From positions 3,906,001-3,970,000 of the forward strand of contig ML978121.1 in assembly GCA_010015805.1 (NCBI GenBank): a stretch of 64,000 bases of DNA, in the 5' to 3' direction. A program made the position numbers and the translations under genes. Under the pieces are notes generated by a model. The model saw only the letters and a program-made list of their open reading frames with translations, was not told the DNA's origin and ran no database searches. Source of the stretch: Rhizodiscina lignyota. Its lineage: Eukaryota. Shown in pieces: positions 25,028 through 38,260 of this stretch; within the stretch, counting starts at the first letter, position 1; every line of letters starts with the position of its first letter.

Positions 25028-25949
25028 CTATTGCTCTTTCAACGGTGGCCATCTTCCTGCCTTCATATCCTCCTTCATCGCATTTAGTTCGCCTTCATTC
25101 ATCTTGGTCACATGAAACCACTGTGTCCGCTCAAGATACCGTTTCTCCTCAGGCGTGTATTCCTCACCCTTCCACATAACGTTGTATGGATATCTCCCAA
25201 ACTCTCTGAGAATCGGCATATGCGCATCCATAATCCGACATGACCACCAAAGATACTTTTCCATGCTCACATTCTCATCCTCTGGCGGGCCTGTACGAAT
25301 CAGGTTTACAAACAGCATCGTGTCGTGCGCATCAGAGCCAGCGGTGTCCCGATTGGGATCTCGTCGCTTAACGCGCCTCTCTACTAGCGCGCGCAGATTC
25401 TCATGCAGACCTCGCTGCAGCGCATGGTTGTCAATGTCTTCTGAATGCGTCAGTGGTCCGTTGAAGAAGATCTGCCGAATAGCCCAGTGCTCGAAGCTCC
25501 AGCCTTGCTCTTCCCAGCGCTCGAGACGCCAGGGGCGGAGCCGTGATGGCAGGTTGGAGAGCTGTGCCAACAAGCGCAGCCGAAGCGGGCGGAAATAGGA
25601 ATTTAAATAGCGCTGGTCCGCTCCCGAGAAGAGGTGAGCTCCTGCTTGGTCGAATAAGAGAATCATACCTAGACTCAAGACAGGAAAGTCAGGTGATTCC
25701 GGGGGTGGAAGGAATCGCATGAGGTCGGTAGGGATATTCTCGATGCCGAAGGTTGACAAAAGGGGGCAGCGCGGAATAGAAGCATATCTCTTTCCAGCCC
25801 TCGTCAGTGTCGAGGGAGCCGAAGAAGGTGTGTGCTACGGTACGGAAATTCAGCTTCTCCTCTTTGGTCCACGGAAACTGCCTGTCGTGCACTTTACGGA
25901 AGAGATCGGGGTTGAGGATTTGGGTGAGGTCTAACGTGATTGATGACAT
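25028..25949 (-). pseudogene. DUF924-family gene interrupted by an apparent +1 frameshift (pseudogene or assembly error)
   Basis: ATG 25949 frame (MSSITLDLTQILNP..CFYSALPP) joins the 25759-25028 frame (LSTFGIENIP..ILLFDQ..PLTHSED..HMPILREFGRYPY) if one base is removed from the C5T4 run at 25766-25758. No GT..AG intron fits. Confidence 0.7.
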
Positions 25950-27066
25950 TGTCCTTGGGCCAGTGCATGTGTGCTGTGAAACCGTTGGGACAGCTTGATT
26001 GCATTTCCCGTTTTTCAGCTCCAAACTTCGTGACGTGGAAGATGCTCACGTTAGCTATTGGATCTGCATGATGCACCTGAAAGATCGTATTGGCTCTGCT
26101 AACCTCATCCGGGATGATCGTCTTTTTGTTTCCCTTTTCCATAGCGTGTTGCTAAGCATGCTCAATTGGAAGTGTCAGACGGCTATGAGAAATTCTCCGA
26201 AGGCAATATTCACACAATGATGACTGCAATGTTTAAAAGATTGCCCACCTGCTGCTTACACCTTATACGATAATAGGAATAGCAAGAGTCTGTCTCCTGC
26301 AGCTGTGGAAACTGCTCATTATGGACTCATTTAGGGTCATGAGAGCCAATGGATCATCACTCTGGTCACTACGCGAAGCTGAATGATGGTTGAAGGCACT
26401 GGAGATGAAATTAAGGCGCAGTGAAAAGAAAGGCTGAACTTCAGAAAACTCGACACAAGGGTCATAACGTAGGGATATCCGAATGAATCATTTAGAATCG
26501 AGCCCGGAAAGTCCGAAAACAAGCTGCGCCTACTCGAAATAGGCAATACCGCGTACAGATATGCATAAAAGTAAAGTGCGCTGTCAGAATATTTCAAGAC
26601 GCTGCCTCATTCCAGCCCCTTACCTCTAAGAGGGAACAGAAGCCCCGAATTCTTCCCGCGAAACTCCGGCGCGGCCCGAAGATGTTCCTCTCCTGATGCA
26701 GGCCAACCGCAGATCGAGCCACCTTTACTTGGTACAGCGAGCTTCATCCACGATTTTTGGAGTAAAGCAGTTGGCAACATTTCTTAACCAATAGCCCACG
26801 AACTCCTCATAGTCGGAAACTACATATCTTGCCTCTCGTATACCTAGCAGTACGGGTATCATAGTCGCCTTAGAGCTAACACTTTGCATCGCAAATACTG
26901 GCGGAGTAAGAGCGACCTCGGCGGCATTCACTCCGCAAACGACTCCGCATTCGTTGACCGCAGCATGCGACACCTTTCATATTTCACAAGCTTTCTGTTG
27001 TGGAGAATAGCGTGATTGAATCTCTTCGTTCTTTTCTTGATTTCGTGTACATCATAGCGAAGGAAA

Positions 27067-28455
27067 ATGACCTCGCTCTGGAACTCGCAAGTCGCAATTT
27101 TCAATAGCTATGTTCGAAATGCTCAACCCTGTCATATCAAATCGATCATCAAAACGTCTTTCGTAAACAGTACTGCGGGCCCAAGGCAGCGAAGATACTA
27201 CTCTGCTCCAACTTCATCCTCAATCGGCCAAGGCGGCCCACTTCAAGGCGTCCGGGTTCTGGATTTCACTCGCATACTAGCCGGCCCTTTTTGCACTCAG
27301 CTACTCGGCGATTACGGTGCAGATGTAATCAAGGTTGAGCAGCCAGGTAAAGGCGATGAAACTCGTGTATGGAAGGGAAAGGGGGAAGCTGCTTCTTGGA
27401 AACCGGACGTTGGTCCCATCTCCTTTTTCTTCGCAGCAATCAATCGCAACAAACGGAGCATCTCACTCGATCTCAAAAATCCAGAAGGCAGAGATGCCAT
27501 TCACAGATTGGTGAAGAATGGTGATGTGGATGTCATGATTGAGAACTTTGTCCCAGGCACGGCAGATAGGCTGGGCATTGGGTATGAGACTCTGTCCAAA
27601 CTAAACCCGAGACTCATCTACGCTTCTCTCTCTGGCTACGGATCTGGAGGGCCGTATAAAACACGTGCGGGCTACGACGCTATTGCTGCTGCCGAAGCGG
27701 GTTTCATGCAAGTAACTGGCCATCCAAATCAACCCCCCGTCCGGGCTGGCTTGGGAATGACAGACATGAGCACCGGTCTGTTCACGCATGGTGCCATAAT
27801 AGCTGCATTGTATAGCCGTGAAAAGACTGGCAAAGGGCAATTCATTTCAGCAAGTCTGTTCGAGTCACAAGTTTCAATGCTTGTCAACGTTGGAGTCAAC
27901 TGGCTGAATCGCAGCGTGGAAGGTGAAAGGTACGGAGCAGCGCATCCAAGTGCCGTGCCCTACAATGCCTGGAAATGCAAGAACGACCTGTACATGGTGA
28001 TTGCTGCGAATAGCGAGCAGCAATACAAGATTCTCTGCACGAGAATTGGAAGGCCGGAGTTGATCGAAGATGAGCGTTTCAAGACCAATGCTCTGCGGGT
28101 AGAGAATCGCAAAGAAATCGATGCCGTCTTGGCCGACGTGTTGATACAGAAGACCTCCGACGAGTGGCTAAAGATATTCGATGGTTCCGGCCTCGCTCAT
28201 GGCCCGGTAAATACGATCGAAAGGGCATTCCAACATCCACAAGTTCATGGGCGAGACATGATAGTACCACTGGAGTGGGACGCACTGGAGAGCGGGAAAT
28301 GGAAGGCCATCGGCCCTGCCGTAAAGTTCAGCGGGACGCCTGCTGGAGTCAGGATTCAGCCGCCTAGATTAGGACAACATAACGAGGAAGTGCTGAGTGA
28401 TGCTGGATATAGTCGAGAGGAGCTCGAGGGTATGAGGTCGAGGGGGGTATTTTAA
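27067..28455 (+). CDS. Family III CoA-transferase (CaiB/BaiF, SUGCT-like), probably mitochondrial
   Basis: Intronless; PLQGVRVLDFTRILAGPFC, GADVIKVE, NRNKRSISLDLK, ENFVPG, RAGYDAIA. Basic, Ser/Thr-rich, acid-free N-terminus. Confidence 0.95.
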   Translation: MTSLWNSQVAIFNSYVRNAQPCHIKSIIKTSFVNSTAGPRQRRYYSAPTSSSIGQGGPLQGVRVLDFTRILAGPFCTQLLGDYGADVIKVEQPGKGDETRVWKGKGEAASWKPDVGPISFFFAAINRNKRSISLDLKNPEGRDAIHRLVKNGDVDVMIENFVPGTADRLGIGYETLSKLNPRLIYASLSGYGSGGPYKTRAGYDAIAAAEAGFMQVTGHPNQPPVRAGLGMTDMSTGLFTHGAIIAALYSREKTGKGQFISASLFESQVSMLVNVGVNWLNRSVEGERYGAAHPSAVPYNAWKCKNDLYMVIAANSEQQYKILCTRIGRPELIEDERFKTNALRVENRKEIDAVLADVLIQKTSDEWLKIFDGSGLAHGPVNTIERAFQHPQVHGRDMIVPLEWDALESGKWKAIGPAVKFSGTPAGVRIQPPRLGQHNEEVLSDAGYSREELEGMRSRGVF

Positions 28456-29719
28456 AGCAGTCAGTATCCTTTCAAAATATGCAAATCGATTGAGATCTGA
28501 TGCGATAGAAGTGGCCATTGTTAGCAAGACTAAATTGAGTCCGAACGAGTTGCGGCATGCAATCAATTATGATGCGTTATTTTGAGGAGTCGGGAGAGCG
28601 GCTCGTGGAGCTCTAACGTGACATGAATTTCCAAAACAGGAGAAAATTGCCAATTTCAATTCGGAAGGCGGAGATGTCGAGCGTCTCCGTTTCTGCAATA
28701 TTCCCCGGCGATGGTCACAGACCGGTGGCGGTACGACCCCAGCTTTCGCTAGTAGGGTAGTAGATATGTCATCTTTCCTAGGAGGCAGGATCAATATTGT
28801 GGCTGCTTGTTATCGAGGTAAATGGTAGCCATTCGCCCAATGCAAAGCAGTTAAATCCTTCGTTATGGACAATCGCCCAGTGCGTACATTAAGGTCAGGA
28901 GATTAATGCGCGTCTCGGTTAAATCGGAGGCGCAGAGTAATTGGAGCTGATCGTATAAGGTTGTTGTCATATTCCCTCACGTGACGATATATAATTCTCC
29001 TCTTGATTTCTGGATTTCGCTTTGGCGGTTTTTCATCATTGTTTCAGGCGCATCAGTCTCTAGGACCATGGCGATGCCCTTCTTTACGTTTGATATACCC
29101 CGATTCTCTTCTGAATGTGTCAATCTTCCCCGCGATATGCTGCACCGAATCATGTCCTATGACGATCATGCGTGTCGTCGACTTGGTATCAAGAGACCAT
29201 TCGCGGAATGAGCGCCGGCTTGGAATCCAGCTCAAGACTTTTGGCCAGGAAGCGTGTTGGCGTCTCTACCAACCACATCAACCTAGTCTCCGCTAGGTGT
29301 TGCCGCTCCATGGTTCCATGTACGAAAGTTCTAAAGCGTGCAGAAGACTTGCTCGGGGCAAAGAACAGCGAGCGCTCGCCATTGGCGGAATTTGCATCAC
29401 ACGGCATGCCGATCGGCCATTAGCCTGAAAATTGCTATGAGTGCCATCGGGACCTGGTCTCTTTACGTTGCACTCACCCGCATTTCCCCCGCAATATCGC
29501 GAGCGTGGAGGCGCTATGCCTCATATTGCCACCATCAACTGCTCAGAGGCACGGGCATATGCCCGCTTGAAACACCGTTGGACAGAGCCGCTGTAACGGT
29601 CGCGATGGTGATAGGCATTGGCTCTCGCCATAAAAGGTGTGCGCCCGCTGCTATGGCTTCGAGTGAGTGCTCGACTGCTTCTCTTCGACTGTGGCTGGAG
29701 AAATCGCCACATTACCAAG

Positions 29720-31453
29720 ATGGGCCTCAAACTACGGCAGTCGCTGAAAGTCAGCGATGACAAGCGCACAAAGGCCGCTGAATTGACACTGCGGCAATCT
29801 CTGTACCCACTGGCTTTGGTCACGATTCTGTTTTTCCTTTGGGTGAGTTGCTTCGTTCATTTTTAGACATTTGCACATGAAACTCGATACTTGTGACGCA
29901 GTCTGCTTACGTTGAATTCCAATTCGCTACAACAGGGATTTTCCTACGGCCTTCTTGATACCCTCAATAAGCATTTCCAAAATACACTCCACATCACTAG
30001 GGCGAGATCGTCCGGCCTCCAAGCAGCTTATTTTGGGTACGTAAGCATGCACGCCCGCATGTCCACAATTGTATCTTCCTAGTACCAATATTGATCCATA
30101 TTAATCATATACACAGAGCTTATCCTCTCGCTTCGCTCGGCCATGCCAACTGGATTCTTCGACACTACGGCTACAAGCCCGTTTTCATCTGGGGACTTTG
30201 TCTCTATGGCGTCGGTGCTCTTGTCGCTTGGCCTTGCATTCTTCATAGGTCTTTTGGCGGGTTTTGCGCTGCGATTTTCATCATTGGTAATGGGCTGGGT
30301 TCGCTCGAGACAGCTGCGAATCCGTACATTACTGGTATGTGTTCGGCGTGTCGTGGAGAATGTTGGAATTCGGTACTGACTTGAGAAATAGTTTGTGGCC
30401 CGCCACGATACGCCGAGCTCCGTATAAACATATCGCAAGCCTTCAATGGCGTCGGAACGGTCGTTGCTCCTGTGCTCGGCTCCTACGTCTTCTTCCTGAA
30501 GACTGCCGATGACACTCAGTCTTTGAAGAATGTGCAATGGGTCTATCTTGCCATTGCTTGCTTCGTCTTCTTGCTTGCCATTGTCTTCTACTTGTGAGTT
30601 ACCACCCATGATCCACCCTCATCTGACGTTTTGTTGACCCTGCAATGAAAGCTCTCCGATTCCTGAAATCACGGATGCGGACATGGCGTTCCAGGCCGAG
30701 GAGACCCACGCGGGTTCAGACGTTAGGTCATTCTGGAAGCAATACCGACTCTTCCATGCCGCATTTGCCCAATTCTGCTATACTGGCGCTCAGGTTGCCA
30801 TCGCTGGCTACTTTATCAACTACGTAACGGAGACACGTCCTGGCACATCCTCCGCGCTAGGCGCGAAATTCCTCGCCGGAGCACAAGGGGCTTTCGCAGC
30901 TGGTCGTTTCACAGGTGTCGGACTGATGAAGTTCGTTCGACCCCGGTGGGTGTTCCTCTTCTACCTCACCATGTGCATCGTCTTTATCTCCCCTGCCATC
31001 ACACAGCGAGGCAACGCCGGTATGGCCATGCTCTACGTCACCCTCTTCTTCGAGTCAATCTGTTTCCCAACTATTGTTGCGCTTGGAATGCGAGGTCTGG
31101 GAAAGCACACAAAACGAGGCTCTGGCTGGATTGTCGGTGGTGTTTCCGGTGGTGCTTGCGTACCTCCTCTGTTGGGTGCGGCAGCGGATATTCACAACAG
31201 CACCGCTACTGCGATGTGTGTGCCGTTGGCCTTCTTCGTTGGTGCTTGGACATACGCTCTCGCGGTCAACTTCATCCCCGAGTACAGAGACCCTGCCGAT
31301 AAATTCTCGACGGCCACAGTCGGCCTTCAGCCGCAGGAGCCTGTTAAGGACGAGGAGATGATGGTGGGTGAGGGTGACGATGAGAAGAGGGCTGTTGGCA
31401 CAACGGAGACAATCGAATCTCCTGTAGAGTCACCGGAAGGTAAGAAATTTTAA
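29720..31453 (+). CDS. L-fucose/glucose-galactose permease (FucP-type MFS transporter)
   Basis: Exons 29720-29842, 29936-30036, 30117-30334, 30392-30593, 30652-31453. Motifs LFFLWGFSYGLLD, LQAAYFGAY, LETAANPY, SQAFNG, QFCYTGAQV, ESICFPTI. Confidence 0.92.
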
Positions 31454-31917
31454 ATTGCAGCTGGAATTAGTGGAAGCGGGTAACATGGATATCCACTCAC
31501 TTTCGGTGCTGTCGATCTCAGCTCGTTTCGCAATGTGATGAAACGATTAGAACAGATACCTTACAGCGAGTCATACTAATCTCAATCATGACTCAACCTC
31601 TGTGCGTTCATATTCTCAGTATTTGCATGAAAGTTTAGTTGTGCAACCGAAGTCGCTGTGATTTGGCGAGCATGGTCGCAGCGACGGTTGTGCAGCGGTT
31701 TGATGTGGCAGGGAGCATCGCCCAACGACTTGCGACGTTTCTGGAGGCGAAAGTTCCGTGAGCGGCGCGCATTCACCAGGCCTTTCTGACACCATCCTCA
31801 GCGATCGCTGGAATTAACAGCTCGACGAGATCGCCATGAGTTTTTGAGGCTTTATTGCTCATCTCCTTGCCCACGCTCTATCCTCTATTGCGTCTATCCG
31901 ATGAATACCCTTTTTCC

Positions 31918-34900
31918 TCATCTATCCAATCCGTTCAACTCCACCAACTTTCTAACAATGCGCACCACCTCGGTACCACTGAGGTCCATCTGTGGTGCAT
32001 CAATCTTCTCCGCCAACGCCTCATCCAGCATCATCCGCAGTCGAGATACGAGCACGCCAATGCGCGCCCAGCCTCGTAGCCGGATCCAATCGTCAACCAA
32101 GAGACCGCGACCGAGGGTATCGAGCGTTATCGGGCCGCCGAATAGGAGGAGCGTATACGGGTTGAAGGCTGTAATTCATCAGTCATTCAAATAAAACCGT
32201 GCTTCAATGTTAAGACTTACGCGTGACCTCTCTCACAAAGACCTTGCTCGTCGCCATCTTGCCGAAATATGCGACGAACGCACATCCCTCAGGGAAACCC
32301 TGCGCATCGAACAGCGTGCCACCTGGATGCATGAACACTCTTCCGTTCTCCTGGTTAAAGTATTTGATTGTTCTCGCTTCCGGATCCACCTCCACTGTTC
32401 CCGAAACGCTAGCCGCAAACTTCTTATCGGGGAAGTCAATCCTTGCAATCTGAGGCGTGAATGATGCAGCAATTAACGCTCGCAAAAGCGCGTCGATACC
32501 ATTATTTTTGTTCAGATTGCCTTGTGTTGCAGGATCAGAGAAGCGGTATGCGAGAGGTAAGAAGCCTGTCTCTTTCAGGCTTGACAGGTACTGTCCACGG
32601 TTGCTGGAGATGTCGTTGAGCGTCTGCATCGACAAGTAGTTTTGTGCACACCAGCCCCGTATATCACTCGTCATGGCACCTTTCTGTTTCATGCTTTGCC
32701 ATTGCTCGTACGCTCTCAGGTCTGCGATCAAGTCTCCATTGCCGGTGCCAAATTTGGTCCTGACAGCCTTGCTTTCGTCTCTGACGTTCGGTGGACTCAC
32801 AAAGGGGCTTCTTGCTGTGAGAATGCTGGCAATCGTGAGGGACGCCTCTAGACAGCTAAAAACCGCACCATACACCATTAACTTTGCACATCTTAGATCG
32901 GCCGGTATGCTGGCAAGGTGTCGACCAAGACTTGTAAGGTCATCGTCTTCAAGCGCACCCATACGCCGCAAGAGCTGCACTGCTCCATCGACGGCCCCAG
33001 CATCGGGCGGAGTCAATGCGCCCGCAAGGAAGTTCGACACGTCACCAATTCCCATGCTCTTGACGCTCAGTACCAGTTGCTCTAGTGGCACTCTTCGAAT
33101 CTCAGGCTCCGGTCTTTCGGCCATCGTCCTCTCCTCTGTCGACTTTGTGAACAGTTTGTAGCATGTCCCAGCGCGAACTCTCCCTGCTCTTCCTCTTCGT
33201 TGTTTACAAGCTGCGCGGCTGGCCCACGTCTCTGCGAGCTTAACCATGTTGGTCGCCGGATCATAAGCCGTCTCTTTGACGCGGCCCGTATCGATGACTG
33301 CGACAATGTCAGGGATTGTGATGGATGTCTCTGCGACGTTTGTTGCACAAACAACTTTGCGCTTCCCTGCTGGTGCTGGTGGGAAGACACGTCGCTGATC
33401 TGCAGGAAGAAGAGATGCGTGTAATGGGAGAGGATAAAAATTCGGCGAGGATCTGAGAGCTTGTATCGTTCGATCGATCTCTGCGGTGCCTGGTAGAAAT
33501 ATGAGAATCCCTCCATCCTTTACCCCAAGTTGCGTATCGATGTAATGCACTGTCTGAGCAATGAGATCGTAATCTGTTCTCCATACACCCGGTTGCCATG
33601 TACTCTTTGCTCTGGGTCCCTTCATCATCTGTGGGTTGAAGCTGTCCTCGTCGTCCTCCATCGACGCGCTATCTCTATTAGCGCCAACAAAGTTCCTAAC
33701 ATCATCGAGCCAATAATCCATGACCGGATGCGTTCGGCCCTGGATCTCAACCATCCCCACACTGCCCACAGACCGGAAGTACTGCTCGAAGCCCTGAGCA
33801 TCAAGAGTTGCACTCATCAAAATGACCCTGAGGTCTTTGCGCGCTTTCAGCACGTCACGCAGCAACACAAGTAAGAAGTCCGTATCAAGACTTCGCTCAT
33901 GCACCTCATCCACCACCACATGACTGACGTCCGCCAAAGAATTGACGACATCTTCAGGGTTTCCGCCGTTCGTCTGTAGCCGGCGCAGGAGAACACCAGT
34001 GGTGACGAAGGTGATTTGGGTGACACCAACCTTCAACTTCGACTCTCCACGAATTGCATACCCAACTTCTTCGCCCAATTTCGCGCATCTCTCATCCGCC
34101 ACACGCTCTGCAAGACCCATTGCGCTGATTCTGCGTGGTTGTGTGCAAATAATATTTGCGGAAGCGCCGAGCTGTCGGCGGATGAGGTCATCGAGTATGA
34201 ACTGCACAGATTGAGTCGACTTGCCGCTACCTGTCTCTCCAGAGATGATCGTGACGGGATTCCTTATGACGGATTCGATAATTGCTACTTGAAGTTGCCA
34301 TGCTGGAAGACTACGCCGAATCTGAAGCATGGTCTGGTATGCTGGAGTTGACTCCTTTGTGCGGAAGGTCTCAAGAATACGACTGGAAGCTTTGGATCCC
34401 GTATCTCGCACTTGTAGTCTCCGGGAGCTATATTTAGACGTGTTTCGGTTTTCCGCAGGCTCCATTAGGGGCTCTTTCTCTGATGCTGAAGCCGCTGCTG
34501 AAGAGATGGCTCTGAGCGAACCAGGATTATCTATGACGGAGGCTATATTGTTCTCAAGCCAGTCGACAATGTTGAAGATCATCGGTTCTCCGACGAAATT
34601 GTCTCGGGCATGCTGCAGGACTTGCTTGGTTATGCTCATACGAATATAAGCGGGCAGCGATGCGCTAATGGAGACGATGGGAATAACGTCTGGATACTGT
34701 CCTGGAGGCTTCGTAACGCGGAGGATGATCGATTCGAGCCCGGTTTCGACGGGTTCAAGAGAGATTTCGATATGATCTTTGGAATTTGAAACAAAGCGAT
34801 CGCCGTATATTGCCTGAAGAGTATCCCGTTCTTCTTGCCAGGCACTTGCAACATCTGGCGACCCATTTAAGGTCGGATTCGAGATATGATCCGCAACATC

Positions 34901-36187
34901 ATCTAACAGTCGATGCTGCAGCATTGCAGCTGCTTTTGCCTCTTCACCATTACTGGCACCCAGGGCCTCCTCGCATAGCTCTACGGCGTATCCAGCAGCA
35001 GCTAAACGTTTGAGGGCAGCTTCACGTTGTAAATTGCCACTGGCCATTGTGACACCAGCGGTATAATTATCAGGAAGTGCCCACTTCGGAAGGTCGTCCT
35101 CGGGAACATGTATGAGAAGCCATTCCAAGATTTCTTCACGATCTTTGCAGACATCAGCAGCTTCCTCGACATGGCTCTTTCGAAAGCCCATGGCTGATAT
35201 CTCCTCAACAAGACGTGGCCTGGCTCTAATATCGATTTTGATCCCATGTCTGTTCCAGACTATGCCATTCCGAATGACCCTTTCGACGTCTTGTCTCGTT
35301 CTCTTGCCCATGTCAACCTTCGGCGCCTTAGTCCACCCTTTCATGTGATCTGCCCCACCAGCGCGCGAGCTGCCATTAGTCCGTGGCATAACTATGCCAG
35401 GGGTCTGATCTTTGCTTCTCCTTTCTCTCTCCCGTTCCTCTTCCAGCCGCTTCTTCTCCCGTGCAACTTTCTCGGCCTCCCTTCTCTCCACCGTTGCGAA
35501 TGGATCCGCTTCATACATCCAAGCTTTCCCGTTGGCTTCGTCTTCCTTTTTTATGTCCTGGAATGTACCCTTCCACAAGTCTTTGTATGTAGGAGGCATC
35601 ATCATATGCAGGTTCTTCATGTTCGCAATACGAAAGAGGGTATAAGCGGCGGCGAAATGTCGCGCCTCGACAGCAGTCGGCTGGACCGCAATATCCTTGT
35701 GTTCGGGCGGCACTCTGAAAGGAGGGAGCGTGGTGGACTCGCGAGTCTTTGGGTTGGTTGCTCTCAAAATTACGGCGGAAACGAAGCCTTGTCCGACTTT
35801 ATTCTACATAGAGATTAGAGCCATGCGACTTAGACATTCTCCAGCCGCTCCACATACCATAGAGTATTCTGGCTTATCCCACTTCTGCTTCTGACAGTGC
35901 TCTGACAGCATATTGACTGGTAGCTTTCCAGTCCATGATGCGCCGCCAATGAGTGTTCGTGTATCTGGTTTCTTCGGCCCATCTTCTGGCGGCCCATTGC
36001 TCAGTTCTTTGCCTTTGCCCTTCGATCCGGGTGTGCTAGCCTGTGTCACGCCGGTATCTGGCTTCTTGCTTTTCTTCGAATCGCCCTTCTTGTTTGTAAA
36101 TTCGATAAAGCTGGTATCCTCTTCGACGGGTTTGGTTGCGGGTTTCTTCGACGAGCTGCCCCGCGGGGGGTGTGCATTTTTTGGCAT
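31918..36187 (-). CDS. DEAH/RHA RNA helicase with dsRBD-like, UBA and RWD domains (DHX57/Ylr419w/Ucp12-like)
   Basis: Exons 36187-35858, 35803-32221, 32168-31918. Motifs WTGKLP..HCQKQKW, ILEWLLIHVPEDDLP, GETGSGKST, TQPRRISA, DEVHER, MSAT, TNVAETSITI, QRRGRAGR. Confidence 0.95.
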
Positions 36188-38056
36188 GGCCCTGGGTTCG
36201 AACAGTGATGTAAATGAAGTCGAATGTGGTCCATGGGAAATGAATCTTGAATGTTTGTATGGAGGGGAAGTATGCTGGTGTCCATCGGTAGCTCTTGGAA
36301 TTTTTGGATGGTCTACACAAGATGACACTTCGGGGATAACCTTGTTCGCTTAGAGCGGCACACTTGACCCTTTTAAGCAAGACCAATCTAGAAGTTTACT
36401 TTATTTAGGTAAAGCGCAAATTCTAAATAGCAAGGGTTTAAACTGACGTATCTTTTCAGCCAGACGAGCACCTTATAAATGTACGGATCCAAAAGGTCTC
36501 CAATTGAAGGATACAGCATAGTTCAATTGATATTAACAAAATATGTATGAGTATCTTCCTCAACCGTTCTGCATGCTTCCAAATGTAACGTTCGCTTAAT
36601 CTGTAGTTCAATGCAGGCATTTCAAGAGTACATTGCAGTGCTCGCTTACAGCAATGGTCTCCATTAGGATACGCGCAATGGCTATAACATTTGGGCATGC
36701 TGTCTAGTACATTGTCGCCGATTACTGCCAAACTTGGGAGAATAGAGTTGATAGTGTTCATCTGTAGATGATCGAGTTCTTAAAATTCGGCTAAAAGGCA
36801 CGAAGAAAGCGTCAAACTCGGGTAAATCAGTAAGAGACAGCTTCGCAAGACTAGCGTTTTTTGGTGGACCAAGTATGAGGGAGGAAAGCCTCTCCAGGCT
36901 CAATTGAACCGATTCAATGGAACCACGACAGGGGAATGTGGGAATTCGCAAGGACACTTTAAGTGACATTTCGGGTTGGACAGGGGACTATTGGCGTTGC
37001 TATAGTCGTATTTCTTATTCTTGACAGTGTAGCAATTGGTATAAACGAGCCGCAGTTTTCCAATCACAGCGTTAGATGGTGGAGCTTCATGTACTTCATC
37101 CATATAAGCGGTAGATACCCCCACATTTTCCCCGCAAAGAACGATGGGACCTTCTATTTTTTGCGCGAAAATTGCAGTTCCAGCAGCGGCTCGGGAGCGG
37201 GGCATATTTAAGATGCTTAGGTGAGATCGTAAATTCATTGCTTGTAATTCCGAAGCCTCTTTCATGGGATTTGATTGACTCCGAAGGGTCTCCTAGATAA
37301 ATGCATGTCGATACAACGGGAAGGTCCACCTTAGCCGTCTACCTTAGTCACACTCTCGGTGCAAGGATTATGGCTGAACATTAAGGTAACTGGCGCTTCC
37401 ATAGATTCAACATCATGATTGGCAGCAAGGTGGCAAGCTTTTCATCGTGAAAGCTTGTCGAGCAGTGCTTTTTCCAGATCGCAGCGCGCGCTGTGCCGAA
37501 TGATGATCAACATGTACCCATCCCTCCTTGAGAAAAGTGCGCAGAAGGTGTGCACTCTGTCAATTTAGCGACGAAGGGCGTCAATACTCGCTCTTACGAG
37601 TAACATCATTGTTCCTTTCCAGGCAATTGCGGAATTCTTTTACGGGTAAACGTATGGTTAGCATAGAGAACAAGACCCTCTCAGACAGTTTGCTGGAGCA
37701 AGCCCCCGGTAAGACTTCCACTCATACATTTCATCTCCACGTCATTCCGGCAACCCATGGAGAACTTCCAGGATTCCAGCGACATTGGTGTCCATTCGTG
37801 TTACTGCGTAAGCGAAGGTTACAATGTACAGGAGCTTCTGTGGGGTAGACTTGTTCAACAATGTAACATGTGCCATGCTCAAGGGGCTGCAGATGTGACT
37901 ATAAGAGGGTTCTTAGGCTCCTGAGACGAAGAAATCACTCACCGATCATCCACAGCAATTGAAGCTCATCCCTCGTCAAGACAGCAAAGACTTGAACGTC
38001 ATCATTTTTCTGGTCCACCTCCAACCATCACCAGTCCTCGACACCATCACAGCAAT

Positions 38057-38260
38057 ATGCAATTTCAGTCGATTGTCGCCATTATCGGTATGCTTCTGGC
38101 ATCGCGTATGGTCCTCGCCGACCCAGTGGTCAACCACGGAGGACTACTCCTCACTCGGCAAAGCTGTGGCCCCAATGAGGTTATGTGCGGTGCGGACCCT
38201 GAAAACTTCGAATGCTGCGGCTCTTTGGCGTGCTGCGAGATGCCGTGCTGCAATGAATGA
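38057..38260 (+). CDS. Small secreted cysteine-rich peptide (67 aa, 8 Cys), effector/toxin-like
   Basis: Signal peptide MQFQSIVAIIGMLLASRMVLA, pro-region ending LLTR|Q, mature C-x6-C-x8-CC-x4-CC-x3-CC. TATAAGA at 37900, C/A-rich leader, A at -3 of the ATG. Confidence 0.75.
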   Translation: MQFQSIVAIIGMLLASRMVLADPVVNHGGLLLTRQSCGPNEVMCGADPENFECCGSLACCEMPCCNE

